Positions 9,017 to 19,466 of a stretch of 64,000 nt of DNA are shown here, piece by piece. The position numbers and the translations under genes are program-made. The notes under the pieces are model-generated. The model ran no database searches, was not told the origin of the DNA, and saw only the letters and a program-made list of their open reading frames with translations. This stretch comes from Polyangia bacterium (lineage in GTDB: Bacteria > Myxococcota_A > Polyangia > Fen-1088). The DNA lies in contig JBJMQQ010000121.1 in NCBI GenBank assembly GCA_045802645.1, forward strand, positions 3,547-67,546. Direction: 5' to 3'. How positions within the stretch are numbered: the first letter of the stretch is position 1; each line of letters starts with the position of its first letter.

Positions 9017-9937
9017 ATGACCCGCGCGAACCGATCCTTTTCAGCGGTGACACTGGCGCTGGCCCTGGCCACGTCGGTCGCCGGCCGTCCGGGCGCGGCG
9101 CGCGCCGAGAATAGACCGGCGCCCACCGCGGCGGACTTCGCCCGCCTCGAAAAAGAGGTCGCCGACCAGCGACAGCTGATCATCCAGATCATGCAGGCCG
9201 AGCAAGAGCGCTACGACATCCTGCTGAAGCTTCTTCAGGGGAGCACGGCTGGCCGTAGCGCCCCCGCGCTGCCCGCTGTGCCACCGGCGGCAGGCGCGCC
9301 CGCGACCGGCGCCCGCGACGAGGCGGCTTCCAGCGCCGCCCCGTCCAGGGAAGCGGCGACGGTCGGAACGGTGACCGGGCGCGTTCAGGCGCGGTCCGGG
9401 GCCCTCAAGGATGCGTACGTTTACGTCGATCTCATCCGGGGCTCGCCTGCGCGCGGCAAAACCCTGGAGATCAAGCAGAAGGACAAGCAGTTCTCACCCC
9501 GAGCGGCGGTGGTCCTGCGCGGGACCAGCGTCGTATTTCCCAACCTCGACCCCGTGTACCACAACGTGTTTTCGACCTCCGGCCGCAACAGCTTCGACCT
9601 GGGCGCGTACCGCGCGGGCGAGACGCCGCGGTCCGCGGTGCTGACCACGCCGGGCGTGGTGGAGGTCTACTGCAACATCCACTCGCGGATGAGCGCATCG
9701 ATCCTCGTCGCGCCCAGCCCGCTTTACGCCAAGGTGAACGCCGACGGCACGTTCCGGATCGACAACGTCCCGGTCGGCGCCCGCAAGCTGGTCGTCTGGA
9801 GCCCGGGCAGCAAGCCGGCCCAGCAAAAGGTCGACGTCTCGGCGTCGGGCGCCCAGGCCAGCTTCGTGCTGGATGACGAAGCGGCCACGACGCACCTCAA
9901 CAAGACCGGGCAGCCTTACGGGTCGTACAAGGAATAG
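9017..9937 (+). CDS. Secreted cupredoxin-like (type-1 copper site) protein with coiled-coil N-terminus and CarboxypepD_reg-like C-terminus
   Basis: GGAGG lies 5 nt before ATG 9017. Signal peptide [14 protein letters not shown]. Candidate T1Cu ligands: His in PVYHNVF and the C-x2-H-x2-M motif in [10 protein letters not shown]-terminal [23 protein letters not shown]. Confidence 0.7.
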   Translation: MTRANRSFSAVTLALALATSVAGRPGAARAENRPAPTAADFARLEKEVADQRQLIIQIMQAEQERYDILLKLLQGSTAGRSAPALPAVPPAAGAPATGARDEAASSAAPSREAATVGTVTGRVQARSGALKDAYVYVDLIRGSPARGKTLEIKQKDKQFSPRAAVVLRGTSVVFPNLDPVYHNVFSTSGRNSFDLGAYRAGETPRSAVLTTPGVVEVYCNIHSRMSASILVAPSPLYAKVNADGTFRIDNVPVGARKLVVWSPGSKPAQQKVDVSASGAQASFVLDDEAATTHLNKTGQPYGSYKE

Positions 9938-9968
9938 ACACACAGGCGCGCAGCGCGAGATCCTGACG

Positions 9969-11870
9969 ATGAGCCGGCGAAACATCCTGGTCCTCTTGGT
10001 GCTCGCAGCGCTGGGCGCTGCGGCCCTGGCGGGCCGTGGGTTGGTGGCCTCGGCACGCCGGTCCGCGGATGCGGCGCCCGTGAAGCTGGAGGCGCGCGCC
10101 GCCGAGACGCGCGCTCACCTGGAGTCCGCGCTGGCCCACCTGACGCAACCGCTGGAAGAGCAGGCGGCGCGCGCGGCGGCGCTGCCCGAGCTCAAGGCGG
10201 CGCTTGCCGATCGCGTGGACGCGCCGACGCTGCTGGACCTGTTCGACACCGAAGACTGGTGGGCACCGTTCCGCGGCCGCGACGCCGCGATCGTGGTCGG
10301 CGGGCAGGTACTGGCCGCACGCGGCGACAAGCATCCGCCCTCGCCCGCCGGACTGGCGCCGTCGCCGTCCACGCCGCACGCCACCGCCGGCCTCCTCGCG
10401 GGTGCCCGCCCGCTGGTCGCGGCGGCGTCCAGCGTCGCGTTGCCGGACAATTCCGCATCGACCACGCTGCTGATCACCGCGCCGTTCGATCCAGCGCCGC
10501 TGGCGGCGAGCGCCGGCGTTCCGATCGCGCTTTCTGACGGGCGGCAGCTCTTGGCGGCGACGGGTGACGACGCACAGCGCGCGACGCTGGCGGGTCTCGC
10601 CGGCAAGGAGTCCAGCGCGGTCATCTCCGACGGCAGCGGTCTGCTCGCCGTCGCGCTGCGTGCCGGCCCCGGCCTGTGGCTCTGGGGGCTCGCCGCCCTG
10701 CCCGCCCCGGCTGCGCCCGTGTCGGCCGATCCCCGGCTCTGGTCGGCGTTGGCCGGTCTCCTGCTGCTGATGGCCGTGCTCGTGTGGACCACGCGGCGAC
10801 CGCGCGCCGCCGGCGAGGCGGCGGCGCCGTCCGAGCCCAGCACGCCACCCGCGATCTCATCACCGACGGTCGAGGCACCGGCTCCCACCTCCGAGCCGCG
10901 CATGCCCGCCACGATGATCCTGGGGCCGACGGGCGGCGGCGACGACGCGACGATGTTCGGGCGCTACCGCCTCTTGCGGCGCCTCGACGGCGGCGGGATG
11001 GCCGACATCTACACCGCCGTGCTGGAGGGGGCCGAGGGTTTCCAGCGCACGTTCGTGATCAAGCGGCTGCGCCCCGAGCTGACGCGCAGCCGCGCCGCCG
11101 TCGAGCAGTTCATCGACGAAGCCCGCCTGGGCTCGGTGCTGGCCCACCCGAACATCGTTCCGGTGTTCGACTTCGGCAAGGTCGGCGACGAGTACTTCAT
11201 GGCCGAAGAGTTCGTGGTCGGGCGCGACATCACGCGCCTGCTGCAGCGGCAGCTCGACATGAACAGCCATCCCCTCGGCGAGCGCTTGATGCTCTACGTG
11301 GCGCACGAGGTGCTGGAGGCGCTGACCTACGCCCACGGATTGGCGGGCGCCGACGGCAAGCCGTTGGGGATCGTCCACCGCGACATCTCCCCCGGCAACG
11401 TCATGGTGACTGCCCGAGGCGACGTGAAGCTCCTGGACTTCGGCATCGTCAAGGCGACGGGTCGCGTCTCGCGGACCGAGGCGGGGGTGGTGAAAGGGAA
11501 CGTGTCGTTCATGTCGCCCGAGCAGGCGCGCGGCGAGAGCGTCGACGCGCGCTCGGACCTGTTTTCGCTGGGGCTCGTCATCTACTACGGCCTGACCAGC
11601 GAGCAGATCTACCGTGCCTCCGGGACATTCGAGCAGCTGCTGCAAGCGGCGGCCGGCCCCAAGCCCGAGGACCTGAGCAAGGTGGCCGCCCTCCCCGCCG
11701 CCTCGCGCATCCTGGCGCGCGCGCAGGCGATCGATCCGGCCCAGCGCTACCAGAGCGCCGCCGATTTCGCCGCGGACCTCGCGCCACACGTGGCGGGCGG
11801 CCGGCTCGACGCCGCGGCCCTGATGCACGGCCTCTTCGGCGACGAGCTCCGCGCCGCCTCGGCCGGCTAA
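9969..11870 (+). CDS. Hanks-type Ser/Thr protein kinase with N-terminal extracytoplasmic sensor region and C-terminal kinase domain
   Basis: In-frame ATG 9969 ([22 protein letters not shown]) within ORF 9873-11870. A second TM helix is [17 protein letters not shown]. Kinase motifs are [24 protein letters not shown] and SPEQ. Confidence 0.85.
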   Translation: MSRRNILVLLVLAALGAAALAGRGLVASARRSADAAPVKLEARAAETRAHLESALAHLTQPLEEQAARAAALPELKAALADRVDAPTLLDLFDTEDWWAPFRGRDAAIVVGGQVLAARGDKHPPSPAGLAPSPSTPHATAGLLAGARPLVAAASSVALPDNSASTTLLITAPFDPAPLAASAGVPIALSDGRQLLAATGDDAQRATLAGLAGKESSAVISDGSGLLAVALRAGPGLWLWGLAALPAPAAPVSADPRLWSALAGLLLLMAVLVWTTRRPRAAGEAAAPSEPSTPPAISSPTVEAPAPTSEPRMPATMILGPTGGGDDATMFGRYRLLRRLDGGGMADIYTAVLEGAEGFQRTFVIKRLRPELTRSRAAVEQFIDEARLGSVLAHPNIVPVFDFGKVGDEYFMAEEFVVGRDITRLLQRQLDMNSHPLGERLMLYVAHEVLEALTYAHGLAGADGKPLGIVHRDISPGNVMVTARGDVKLLDFGIVKATGRVSRTEAGVVKGNVSFMSPEQARGESVDARSDLFSLGLVIYYGLTSEQIYRASGTFEQLLQAAAGPKPEDLSKVAALPAASRILARAQAIDPAQRYQSAADFAADLAPHVAGGRLDAAALMHGLFGDELRAASAG

Positions 11871-11957
11871 CTTCCGACGCCCCTCGAATAAGACGAGTTC
11901 GCGGAAAACATCCGGAACCCGGAGAATGAAGCGCCAGGACGCCACGGACGCCAGGAA

Positions 11958-11978
11958 CCTGAAAGAGCCCTTTTCAGG
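11958..11978. terminator. Weak hairpin between convergent genes
   Basis: CCTGAAA (11958-11964) and TTTCAGG (11972-11978) are reverse complements with a 7-nt loop. The site lies in the 173-nt gap between the kinase (+) and the dipeptidase (-). Confidence 0.25.
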
Positions 11979-12043
11979 ATCGGATCGGAAATTTCCGGGG
12001 TGGTGCCGCCGCGATCGAGGTCCTTATCTGAACGGCATTGGGG

Positions 12044-13054
12044 CTAGGCCGCGGCGAAGTAGCGGAGGGCGTTTTCACCCAGCAGGCGGTCGAGCGCGGG
12101 AGGGCGCCAGCCGCGGCGCCAGAGCAACTCGGTCAGGCGCGGCAGGTCGGCGGCGTCCCGGAGCCCGCGCGGTAACGGCATGAAGCCGTCGAAGTCGGAG
12201 CCCAGCGCGACGCACCCTTCGCCGCCGACGTGGGCGATGTGCTCGATGTGATTGGCGACCGCCTCCAGCGAGCAGAACGCGCCACCCAGATAGGACGCCA
12301 CGAAGATCACGCCCACGACGCCGCCCCTCTGGGCCAGCGCGCGGACCTGGTCGTCGTCCAGGTTGCGGGCATGCGGGTGGACGCCGGCCGCGCCAGAGTG
12401 CGAGGAGAACGGAGGCCGCTCGGCCGCCTCGACGATGTCCCAGAAGGTCTTGCGGCTGGCGTGCGACACGTCGAGACGGATGCCGGCCTGGTCGCACGCC
12501 CGGACCAGCGCCCGCCCGCGATCGGTCAGCCCGCCGTCGCGCGCCGCGGGCGTCCGGCACGACGCGCCGGCCGCGCTGTCCCGCTCCCAGAGCGGCCCCA
12601 GGAACATGACGCCCGCTTCGGCCAGGCGCGCGACACCGGCCTCGGGATCGTCGTCGATCGCGTAGCTCCCCTCGACGCCCAGGAACAGGGCCAGGCGGCC
12701 GGAGGCGCGCGCGGCGCGGATTCCGGCGGCGTCGCGAGCCAGCACCAGCGCATCGGGGTGGGCCGCCGCCAGCGCCCGCGCCTTGTCGAGCTGCCGCCAA
12801 AACCGGCGGTCGCGATCGACGCGAAACCCGGCGAACATGAGGCAGCCGAGGGCGTCGATGCCGCCGCGCCGGATGCGCGGCAGATCCAGGTCCAGGCGCA
12901 GCGGGTTGTAGTACGTGGCCGGCGCGTGCTCCTTGCCGATGTCGTAGCGGCTGTGGGTCAGCTTCGTCAGCAGGTCGTTGTGCAGGTCCAGCACCAGCGC
13001 GTCGGCATGCGCTGCCGCAGCGTCCGCGCTGACCTCCACCGGGTAACCGCGCAT
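12044..13054 (-). CDS. Membrane (renal-type) dipeptidase, peptidase family M19
   Basis: Family-typical motifs LDLHNDLL (HxD zinc ligands), GGIDALG, DVSHAS and ALGSDFDG. It starts 4 nt after the upstream kinase stop. Confidence 0.85.
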   Translation of the reverse strand: MRGYPVEVSADAAAAHADALVLDLHNDLLTKLTHSRYDIGKEHAPATYYNPLRLDLDLPRIRRGGIDALGCLMFAGFRVDRDRRFWRQLDKARALAAAHPDALVLARDAAGIRAARASGRLALFLGVEGSYAIDDDPEAGVARLAEAGVMFLGPLWERDSAAGASCRTPAARDGGLTDRGRALVRACDQAGIRLDVSHASRKTFWDIVEAAERPPFSSHSGAAGVHPHARNLDDDQVRALAQRGGVVGVIFVASYLGGAFCSLEAVANHIEHIAHVGGEGCVALGSDFDGFMPLPRGLRDAADLPRLTELLWRRGWRPPALDRLLGENALRYFAAA

Positions 13055-13058
13055 CGGC

Positions 13059-14507
13059 CTACGGCGCGGCGAACGGGTTCTTGAGCTCGGCGGGCGTTGC
13101 GGGATCGCCGGGCACGTCGATCTTGCGGTGCAGGGGGTCGACCTTGTCGGTCTCGCCGTGATGACGGCGGGCGCGGGCCGGCTGGTCCGCCGACGCCGCC
13201 TCGGGCGCGGGCACCTCCGCCGCGGGTGGATTCGCGGCGGGCGGCGCGACGACCGGCTTTTCGGCGGGCACTGGAACGAGCGACGCCTTTTCGACCGGCG
13301 GCGCCACGGCGGGTTTCTCGGCGACCCCGCGCGTGGGCGCCGGACCGCCGCGCAGCGCGAGCACGGCGACCGAGACGATCACCAGCGCCGCGACCGCGCC
13401 CAGGGCCAGCTTGGCGCGCGCACCCAGCCCGCCGCCCGGCGCTTCGGGGCGTGACGGCCGTTCGTCGTCGAACGTGCCGACGGGCGGCGTCGCCGCGATC
13501 GCCGTCAGCGAATCGCGCACGCCGGCGTTCGCCTCGGCGAGCGACGGGTACTTCAGCGTCGCGCCCGGCAGCGCCGGCGTCGGGATGCGCGTCACCGTCG
13601 AGGGCTCGAACGGCTGCCCGCCCGCCGCCCCGATGGCGCGATAGAACTCGTCCATGTCGGCCCACCGCTTGTCGCGATCCTTCTCGAGCGCGCGCAGGCA
13701 GACGGCCTCGACGTCCGCCGGGATCTGCAGGTCGGGACGCCGCTGGCGCAGCGGGATGACCGGCTCCAGCAGGTGCTTGGTCAGGATGCCCATGAAGCTG
13801 TCGGCGTGGAACGGAACCACGCCCGTCAGCATGTGGTACATGATGCAGCCCACCGCGTAGACGTCCACGCGGTGGTCGGGCGGTTGCCCCTGCGCCTGCT
13901 CGGGCGACATGTACTCGGGCGTTCCGAAGATCATCCCGGTCTGCGTCAGCCGCGGGCCGTCGTTGTTATCGGCGCTGACGACCTTCGCGATGCCGAAGTC
14001 CAGCACCTTCACGAAATCCGGGCGCCCCTCGCGCTGAACCAGGAAGATGTTCTCCGGCTTCATGTCGCGGTGGATGATCCCCTGCCCGTGCGCGGCCCGC
14101 AGCCCCTTGGCGATCTGCATGAGGATGCCGCGCGCGCGTCCCCAGGGCAGCGTGCGCTCGGTTCGCAAAGCGCGCCCCAGGTCCTGCCCCTCCAGGAACT
14201 CCATCGCGATGTAGACCAGACCCTGGCCGGTTTGCCCGAAGTCGGAGATGTCGATGACGTTCTCGTGGCCGATGCGCGAGGCGCTCTTCGCTTCTTGCAG
14301 GAAGCGCGCGACCAGCTCGGGACGGCGGCTCAGATCGGCGAAGAGGACCTTCAGCGCGACGCGCTTGCCGATGACCGCGTGCTCGGCCTGGTACACCGCG
14401 CCCATGCCCCCCTCCCCCACCTTCCGGACGATGCGGTAGCGCTCGGAGACGACCGTCCCGAGCAGCGGATCTTCCGCGGCCGGGGGGTTCGCGTCACCGA
14501 CAGGCAT
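13059..14507 (-). CDS. Membrane-anchored Hanks-type Ser/Thr protein kinase
   Basis: YRIVRKVGEGGMGAVY (Gly loop), VALKVL, HRDMKPENIFL, DFGIAK, SPEQ. TM helix LALGAVAALVIVSVAVLAL is followed by a Pro/Ala-rich tail. Confidence 0.9.
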   Translation of the reverse strand: MPVGDANPPAAEDPLLGTVVSERYRIVRKVGEGGMGAVYQAEHAVIGKRVALKVLFADLSRRPELVARFLQEAKSASRIGHENVIDISDFGQTGQGLVYIAMEFLEGQDLGRALRTERTLPWGRARGILMQIAKGLRAAHGQGIIHRDMKPENIFLVQREGRPDFVKVLDFGIAKVVSADNNDGPRLTQTGMIFGTPEYMSPEQAQGQPPDHRVDVYAVGCIMYHMLTGVVPFHADSFMGILTKHLLEPVIPLRQRRPDLQIPADVEAVCLRALEKDRDKRWADMDEFYRAIGAAGGQPFEPSTVTRIPTPALPGATLKYPSLAEANAGVRDSLTAIAATPPVGTFDDERPSRPEAPGGGLGARAKLALGAVAALVIVSVAVLALRGGPAPTRGVAEKPAVAPPVEKASLVPVPAEKPVVAPPAANPPAAEVPAPEAASADQPARARRHHGETDKVDPLHRKIDVPGDPATPAELKNPFAAP

Positions 14508-14600
14508 CGCGCCAATTTAACACGCGATCGCGTTGATGGAGCTGGGCTTCGCCCATCGGAGTCGTCGCGGGAGGTCCAAGGAACGCTCCCAGGGTTCTAA

Positions 14601-17600
14601 TTAGGCGGAGAGAGCTTGGGCGAGATCGTCGTACGTGTCGGACACCGCGAAGCGCAGCAGCGCCACGGCCTCCGGGTTCACGGCGACGGCCTCCAGCGTC
14701 AGACCTCCGTCGCGCGGCACCAGCGACGGCGAGAGCTCGAGGACCACGGACAGGGCGGCGGGCAGGTCGGAGCACGCCAGCAGACCGGCCACGTTCGCGC
14801 CGTCCCGGGTCGCGGCGAGCAGCGCGGGGAGATCGAAAGAGCCCGCGCTCTCCACCGCGTAGGGCATGGCCACCTGCTTGAGCTTTCGCGACAGCAGCCG
14901 ATCCAGCCGCGCCGCCTCGGCGTCAGCCAGCCCCTCGCGCACCGCCTCGTGCTGATAGTCGTGGACGAACTGCCGGATGATGCCGACCAGCAGCGCGCCG
15001 GCCTCCTCGGCCGGGACGGCCAGTAAGAGGTCCAGATGCGTCGCCGAAAGACGCAGCGTGCGCCCCGCCGCAAAGCGCAGCGCCGCCGGCCCCAGCGTCT
15101 CCAGCGCGTCGCCGACCACGATCGCCGGCGGATCGCCCGGCTCCGCGCGCAACAGGATGGGCCCCGACGCGGCGGCTGCCTGCCGGACGTAAAGGTCGAA
15201 CGAGCCGACGCCCAGCTCCGCGGCGACGACGTCGAACGCCGGTCGGGGCGGGGCGCCGCGCGGGCGCCGGTCGGCGCGCGTGAGCCCGTGGCGCGCGAGC
15301 CGCTGCGCGAGGTCCGCCCCCGTGGGCCGCAGCGAAGCACCCAGCAGCCGCAGGACGTGACGCACGCCCGACGGGAGCTCCGGCGGGAAGGCGCGCTCGT
15401 CGAGCTCCGGCTGGCGCAGCCCCGCCAGGCTGCGGGCGGGCGCCTCGGGGACGCGCTGCCCGGAAATCGCGGCCAGCAGCTGGGCGGCGGCGTGGGCGGC
15501 GTGCGGGCGCTCGCGCAGCACCAGCAGCGTCGCCAGCGCGCGAAGAGTTTCGGCGCGCAAACCGCCCGGGCGCACCAGGTCGTGGCGCAGCAGCCCCAGC
15601 GCCCGATCGAGCACCCCGCGGCGGCCGGCCGGATCGCGCGCCCGCTCGAGCTGCTGCACCAGCGCCGAGACGGCCTCGACGTCGCGCGGGGCCTCGTCGA
15701 ACGCGCGGCGCAGCTCGGCGCCCGCCCGCGACAGGTCACCCACCTGCGTCAGCACCTCGCCCAGGCGGACGCGCGTCCGGTGGCGCCGCGTCGGATCGGG
15801 CTCGCAGGCGACCAGGCGCTCCGTCACGGGCAGCGCCCGCTTGGTCTCACCCTCGCGCAGATAGAGGTCGGACAGCGCGCGTAGCGCCTCCAGGTTCTGC
15901 TCGTCGACGGCCAGCGCGCGTTCGTAGGCCGCCGCGGCGCGCTTGGGATCCGGCACCTGCGTCGAATAGATCTGACCGAGCCGCAAGAAGATCCGGCAGC
16001 GCGTGCCCGCGTCGCGCTCGACGACGGCGCGGCGCAGGAAGATCTCGCCGGCCTCGGCCCACTCTTGCCGGTCCCACAGCAGCTCGGACAGGGCCTCCAG
16101 CGCGCGCGGGTGTTCGGGCTGCTTGCGCAGCACCGCCTCCAGCTCGCGCCGCGCGCCATCCGGATCGCCCAGCGCCCGCGCCAGCAGCTCGGCGCGCGCG
16201 AGCCGCAGCGACGTGACCTCGAACGGGTTCTGCGCCACCTCGATGCGGGCGGCCAGCGCCGCCGCCAGCGCCCGCGCGTCCTCCTGCTCCGCCAGCAGCG
16301 AGCGCAGGCGCTCGAAGGCCGCCTCGTGGGTCGGGTCGGCGGCCAGCGCCGCGCGCAGGTCGGCCAGCGCGCGCGCCTGCGCGGGGGGCTGCGCCTCCAG
16401 CGCCAACGCGGCGGCCAGCAACAGCGCCCGCACGCGATGTTGCGCCAACACCAGGCACGAGGCTTCGACCTCGGCGGCGGCGGCGGTCGCCAGCACGTCG
16501 CCCGAACGCGCGGCCGTCGTCCGCAGCGCCCGCGCCGCCGGCAAGAACGTCGGGTCCGCCCGCAGCGCCGCCCGCCGGCTCTCGGCGGCAGCTTCGGGGT
16601 CGCCCAGCTCCTCCTCGACACGCGCCCGCGCCGTCCAGATCGACGCGGCCGCGCGGCGGTCCGACTCGGCCGCGCCCAGCGTGGTGATGGCCGCGGTCAG
16701 CGCCCAGCGCCGCAAGGCGGGGTCGGTCTGGGCGCTGCCGACGACCTGTCCCAGATCGCGCAGCGTGGCCCGCGGCGCGTTGGCTCCCGTCGTGGCCAGC
16801 CGGGCCGCAGCCGCCGCCAGCTGCTCCGCGCGTTCGGGCTGGTCGTGCGACTCGGCGAGCGCGACGGCCACGGCCAGCGTCGCGGGTCCGGCCGCGCCCT
16901 CATGCGGCGGCGACTCGGCGAGCCCGTCGATGAGCTCGGTCCAGTTGTTTGCCGCGGCCGTCGCCGCGAGGCGTCCCAGCGCAGCGGCGGCGCGGGCCGC
17001 GTCGGCGTCGGCGGGCCCCGCCAGCAGCTCGGGCGGCAGGGGCGGCGTTTTTCCGTTGGACCGCGCGTCGAACCGTCGCGCGTCCGGGGCAAAACGCCCG
17101 GAGGCCAGCGTCCGGAACAGCTCGCGCGCGCCGGCCGCGTCACCCCTGATGAGGCGGGCCTCGGCGACAGCCAGAACCTGCGCGTCATCGCGCTCCGGGT
17201 CGTGCCCGCCGAGCGGCAGCGACGCGGCGGCGGCTGGACCGCGTGGCTCGCCCAGCGCCACCGCGCAGCGCAACGCGATTGCGCGAGCCTCTCGTGTGAC
17301 GGGATTGCCGTCACCACCGGCCAGCAGCTCTTGCGCCGCGCGTAGCGCGGACGTGTGGTCGCCGCTCAGCGCTTGCAGGCTGACCGCCGCCAGCGAGGCC
17401 AGCCGCGCGAGCGCCGGAATGGCCCCGTCGTGCCCTGCGCGCGCCAGCGCGGCGGCGGCACCCGCCGTGTCGACCGACCGCTCGGACAAGTAGATGGGGA
17501 GCGCCAGCGGATGCGCCGGGGCGATCCGCAGCGCCTCCTGGAACGCGATCGCGCGCGCGCCGCTGTCCGACGCAGGCATCGACGACGCGTGCCGCAGCTC

Positions 17601-19466
17601 GACCCAGGCTCGCAGCGACGGATCGCGCGCGGCCGTCGTGGCGGCGTCCAGCGCGGCGCTCAACGCCTCGCGCTGGCCGGCCCGCTCGGCCAGTCGGCCG
17701 ACCGCTTCCGCGCCCAGCGCGCGCGCCGCCGGCGACAGCTTGCGGTCGCCGGGAAGCTCCAGCGCTTCCAGTGCGCGCGCCGGATCCGCGGGCGCCAGCT
17801 TGGCGGCGGCGCACGCGCGCAACGGCGCCTCCAGCGCGCCGCCGCGCCAGATCTCGGCGCCGTACGCCAGCACCGCCGACGCATCGGCGCGCCGGCCGGC
17901 GCGTGCGTCTTCACCCGCGACCTCCCAGAAGACGGCGGACGTCGGCGCCGCCTCCAGCGCCGTTTGCAGCGCGGCGCGCGCGGTCAGCTCGCTGCCGGCC
18001 TGCCCGCGCGCCTCGGCCAGCAACAACGCCGCAGCCGCGCGCCGGCCGTCGTCACCCCGGAGCCAGGTTTCCAGCGCCAGCGCGCGCGCGGCGGGATCGC
18101 GTCCGTCGGCGGCCATCGCTTCGGCGATCAGGGCCAGCGGCGTCGCGTCCGGCGCGGCCTCGACCGCGGCGGACAGCAGCGCGGAGGCGGCGCCGTCCTG
18201 CCCCTGGCGCCGCAACGACTGCGCCTCGACCCAGGTCAGCGTCGCCGCCGCGGCCGGTGAGCCGGCGCCGGCCCGCGCCCGTTCCAGCGCCGCCGGGTCC
18301 AGCGGCACCCCCAGCGCGGCATCCAGCTCGATCACGTCGCGAGCCGCCGCGAGCGAAGCCGGCTGCTGGTCCAGGAAGGCCCGGGCGGCGGCGAAATCTC
18401 CGCGCGCGCGCGCCAGGCTGGCACCCCAGCGACGGACGGCCTCGGTGACGGCCGAAAACACGGGCAACGCGGGGAGCACCTCGGCCAGCTTCTTTTCGGC
18501 GTCGCGCCCCGTCGCGCGCGCCGCGCCGCCCAGGGCAGCCAGCGGAATCCCCGGCTCGGCCGGCGCCAGGCGGCGCGCCGCTGCCAGGTACGCCGCCGCC
18601 GCGTTCGCGTCGCGCGCCGTCAGCGCGACGCGTGCCGCCTGTTCGATGAACGCCGCGCCAATCGCGACAGGCGTCCCCGCGCCGGCGCTGCCGGCGCTTG
18701 GCTCGCGGCCGGGGCTGAGCGCACGGCCTGCAGCCCCCAGCGCGCCGGCCGCGGCCCCCGCGCCCTCGCGCAGCGCCGCCTCCGCGAGAGCGATGGCGCG
18801 TGCGGGTCCAGGTGGAATCGCGTCGACCGCAGCGGCGGGCAAGCTCCCGCCGCGGGCCAGCGTCCATTCGGCCGACAGCCCGCCATAGAACGCGCGCTCC
18901 TCCGGGTTGCCGGCCGCCGACGCGAGGCGCGCCCAGAGCGCGTGGGCTTCGTCGAGCTCGCCCAGGCTCTCGGCCAGCCGCGCGCGGGCCCGCAGCGCCT
19001 CGGGCGCATGGGGCGACCGGGCCAGCGCCTCGTCGTAGCCGCGCGCCGCTCCCGCCGCGTCGCCCGCTGCTTCCGTCGCGCGGCCGGCCGCCACCAGCAA
19101 GGCCGCCGCCTCGTCAGGTGTCGCCGCCAGCGCGCTCTCGTCCCGATAAAGATGCGCATCCGCCCGCCACTCCTCGGGCGCGGGTGGACCGGCCAGCGCC
19201 TGCTCCGGCACGCTGACCAGCGCCTCCATCCCCGCCAGCCAGATGTCGGCCTCCATCTCGGGCAGCGTCGGCGCGAACAGCACCACGGGCTCGCTCGACG
19301 CGCTCGCCTGCGGATCCAGATCCGCCAGCGCCGGCACGTTGGGATCCGTGGGCGGCGCGTCGTCGGAGAACTCCTCCTCGAAGAACTCCTCCTCGAAATC
19401 GTCCTCGATCTCGATCGTGGTCACTTCACCGGGGTCGCCCGGGCGGCGGGGTCCGCGTTCGCTCAC
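14601..19466 (-). CDS. Giant (1,621 aa) TPR-like repeat protein, acidic N-terminus, conserved non-TPR C-terminal domain (paralogue B)
   Basis: Single uninterrupted ORF whose start overlaps the upstream stop by 4 nt. TPR units include AAAAYERALAVDEQNLEALRALSDLYLREG. N-terminus EVTTIEIEDDFEEEFFEEEFSDD. C-terminal motifs DRLLSRKLKQ and ALLRFAVSDTY. Confidence 0.85.
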   Translation of the reverse strand: MSERGPRRPGDPGEVTTIEIEDDFEEEFFEEEFSDDAPPTDPNVPALADLDPQASASSEPVVLFAPTLPEMEADIWLAGMEALVSVPEQALAGPPAPEEWRADAHLYRDESALAATPDEAAALLVAAGRATEAAGDAAGAARGYDEALARSPHAPEALRARARLAESLGELDEAHALWARLASAAGNPEERAFYGGLSAEWTLARGGSLPAAAVDAIPPGPARAIALAEAALREGAGAAAGALGAAGRALSPGREPSAGSAGAGTPVAIGAAFIEQAARVALTARDANAAAAYLAAARRLAPAEPGIPLAALGGAARATGRDAEKKLAEVLPALPVFSAVTEAVRRWGASLARARGDFAAARAFLDQQPASLAAARDVIELDAALGVPLDPAALERARAGAGSPAAAATLTWVEAQSLRRQGQDGAASALLSAAVEAAPDATPLALIAEAMAADGRDPAARALALETWLRGDDGRRAAAALLLAEARGQAGSELTARAALQTALEAAPTSAVFWEVAGEDARAGRRADASAVLAYGAEIWRGGALEAPLRACAAAKLAPADPARALEALELPGDRKLSPAARALGAEAVGRLAERAGQREALSAALDAATTAARDPSLRAWVELRHASSMPASDSGARAIAFQEALRIAPAHPLALPIYLSERSVDTAGAAAALARAGHDGAIPALARLASLAAVSLQALSGDHTSALRAAQELLAGGDGNPVTREARAIALRCAVALGEPRGPAAAASLPLGGHDPERDDAQVLAVAEARLIRGDAAGARELFRTLASGRFAPDARRFDARSNGKTPPLPPELLAGPADADAARAAAALGRLAATAAANNWTELIDGLAESPPHEGAAGPATLAVAVALAESHDQPERAEQLAAAAARLATTGANAPRATLRDLGQVVGSAQTDPALRRWALTAAITTLGAAESDRRAAASIWTARARVEEELGDPEAAAESRRAALRADPTFLPAARALRTTAARSGDVLATAAAAEVEASCLVLAQHRVRALLLAAALALEAQPPAQARALADLRAALAADPTHEAAFERLRSLLAEQEDARALAAALAARIEVAQNPFEVTSLRLARAELLARALGDPDGARRELEAVLRKQPEHPRALEALSELLWDRQEWAEAGEIFLRRAVVERDAGTRCRIFLRLGQIYSTQVPDPKRAAAAYERALAVDEQNLEALRALSDLYLREGETKRALPVTERLVACEPDPTRRHRTRVRLGEVLTQVGDLSRAGAELRRAFDEAPRDVEAVSALVQQLERARDPAGRRGVLDRALGLLRHDLVRPGGLRAETLRALATLLVLRERPHAAHAAAQLLAAISGQRVPEAPARSLAGLRQPELDERAFPPELPSGVRHVLRLLGASLRPTGADLAQRLARHGLTRADRRPRGAPPRPAFDVVAAELGVGSFDLYVRQAAAASGPILLRAEPGDPPAIVVGDALETLGPAALRFAAGRTLRLSATHLDLLLAVPAEEAGALLVGIIRQFVHDYQHEAVREGLADAEAARLDRLLSRKLKQVAMPYAVESAGSFDLPALLAATRDGANVAGLLACSDLPAALSVVLELSPSLVPRDGGLTLEAVAVNPEAVALLRFAVSDTYDDLAQALSA

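Noticed and set aside
14522-14533. The 12-bp perfect palindromes ACGCGATCGCGT (14522-14533) and CGGAAATTTCCG (11986-11997) as operator sites.
   Set aside because: They are too short and isolated to call regulatory features on sequence alone. They are mentioned inside the related findings only.
16003-18888. Long plus-strand ORFs (496, 426, 464, 301 aa) antisense to the giant TPR gene. They translate to Ser/Ala/Arg/Pro-rich strings.
   Set aside because: These are typical shadow ORFs of very GC-rich DNA. They have low-complexity translations, no motifs and no RBS, and they are fully nested in a much longer, motif-bearing ORF on the other strand. The same applies to 19611-20450, 21023-21900, 21809-23809 and 22848-23897.
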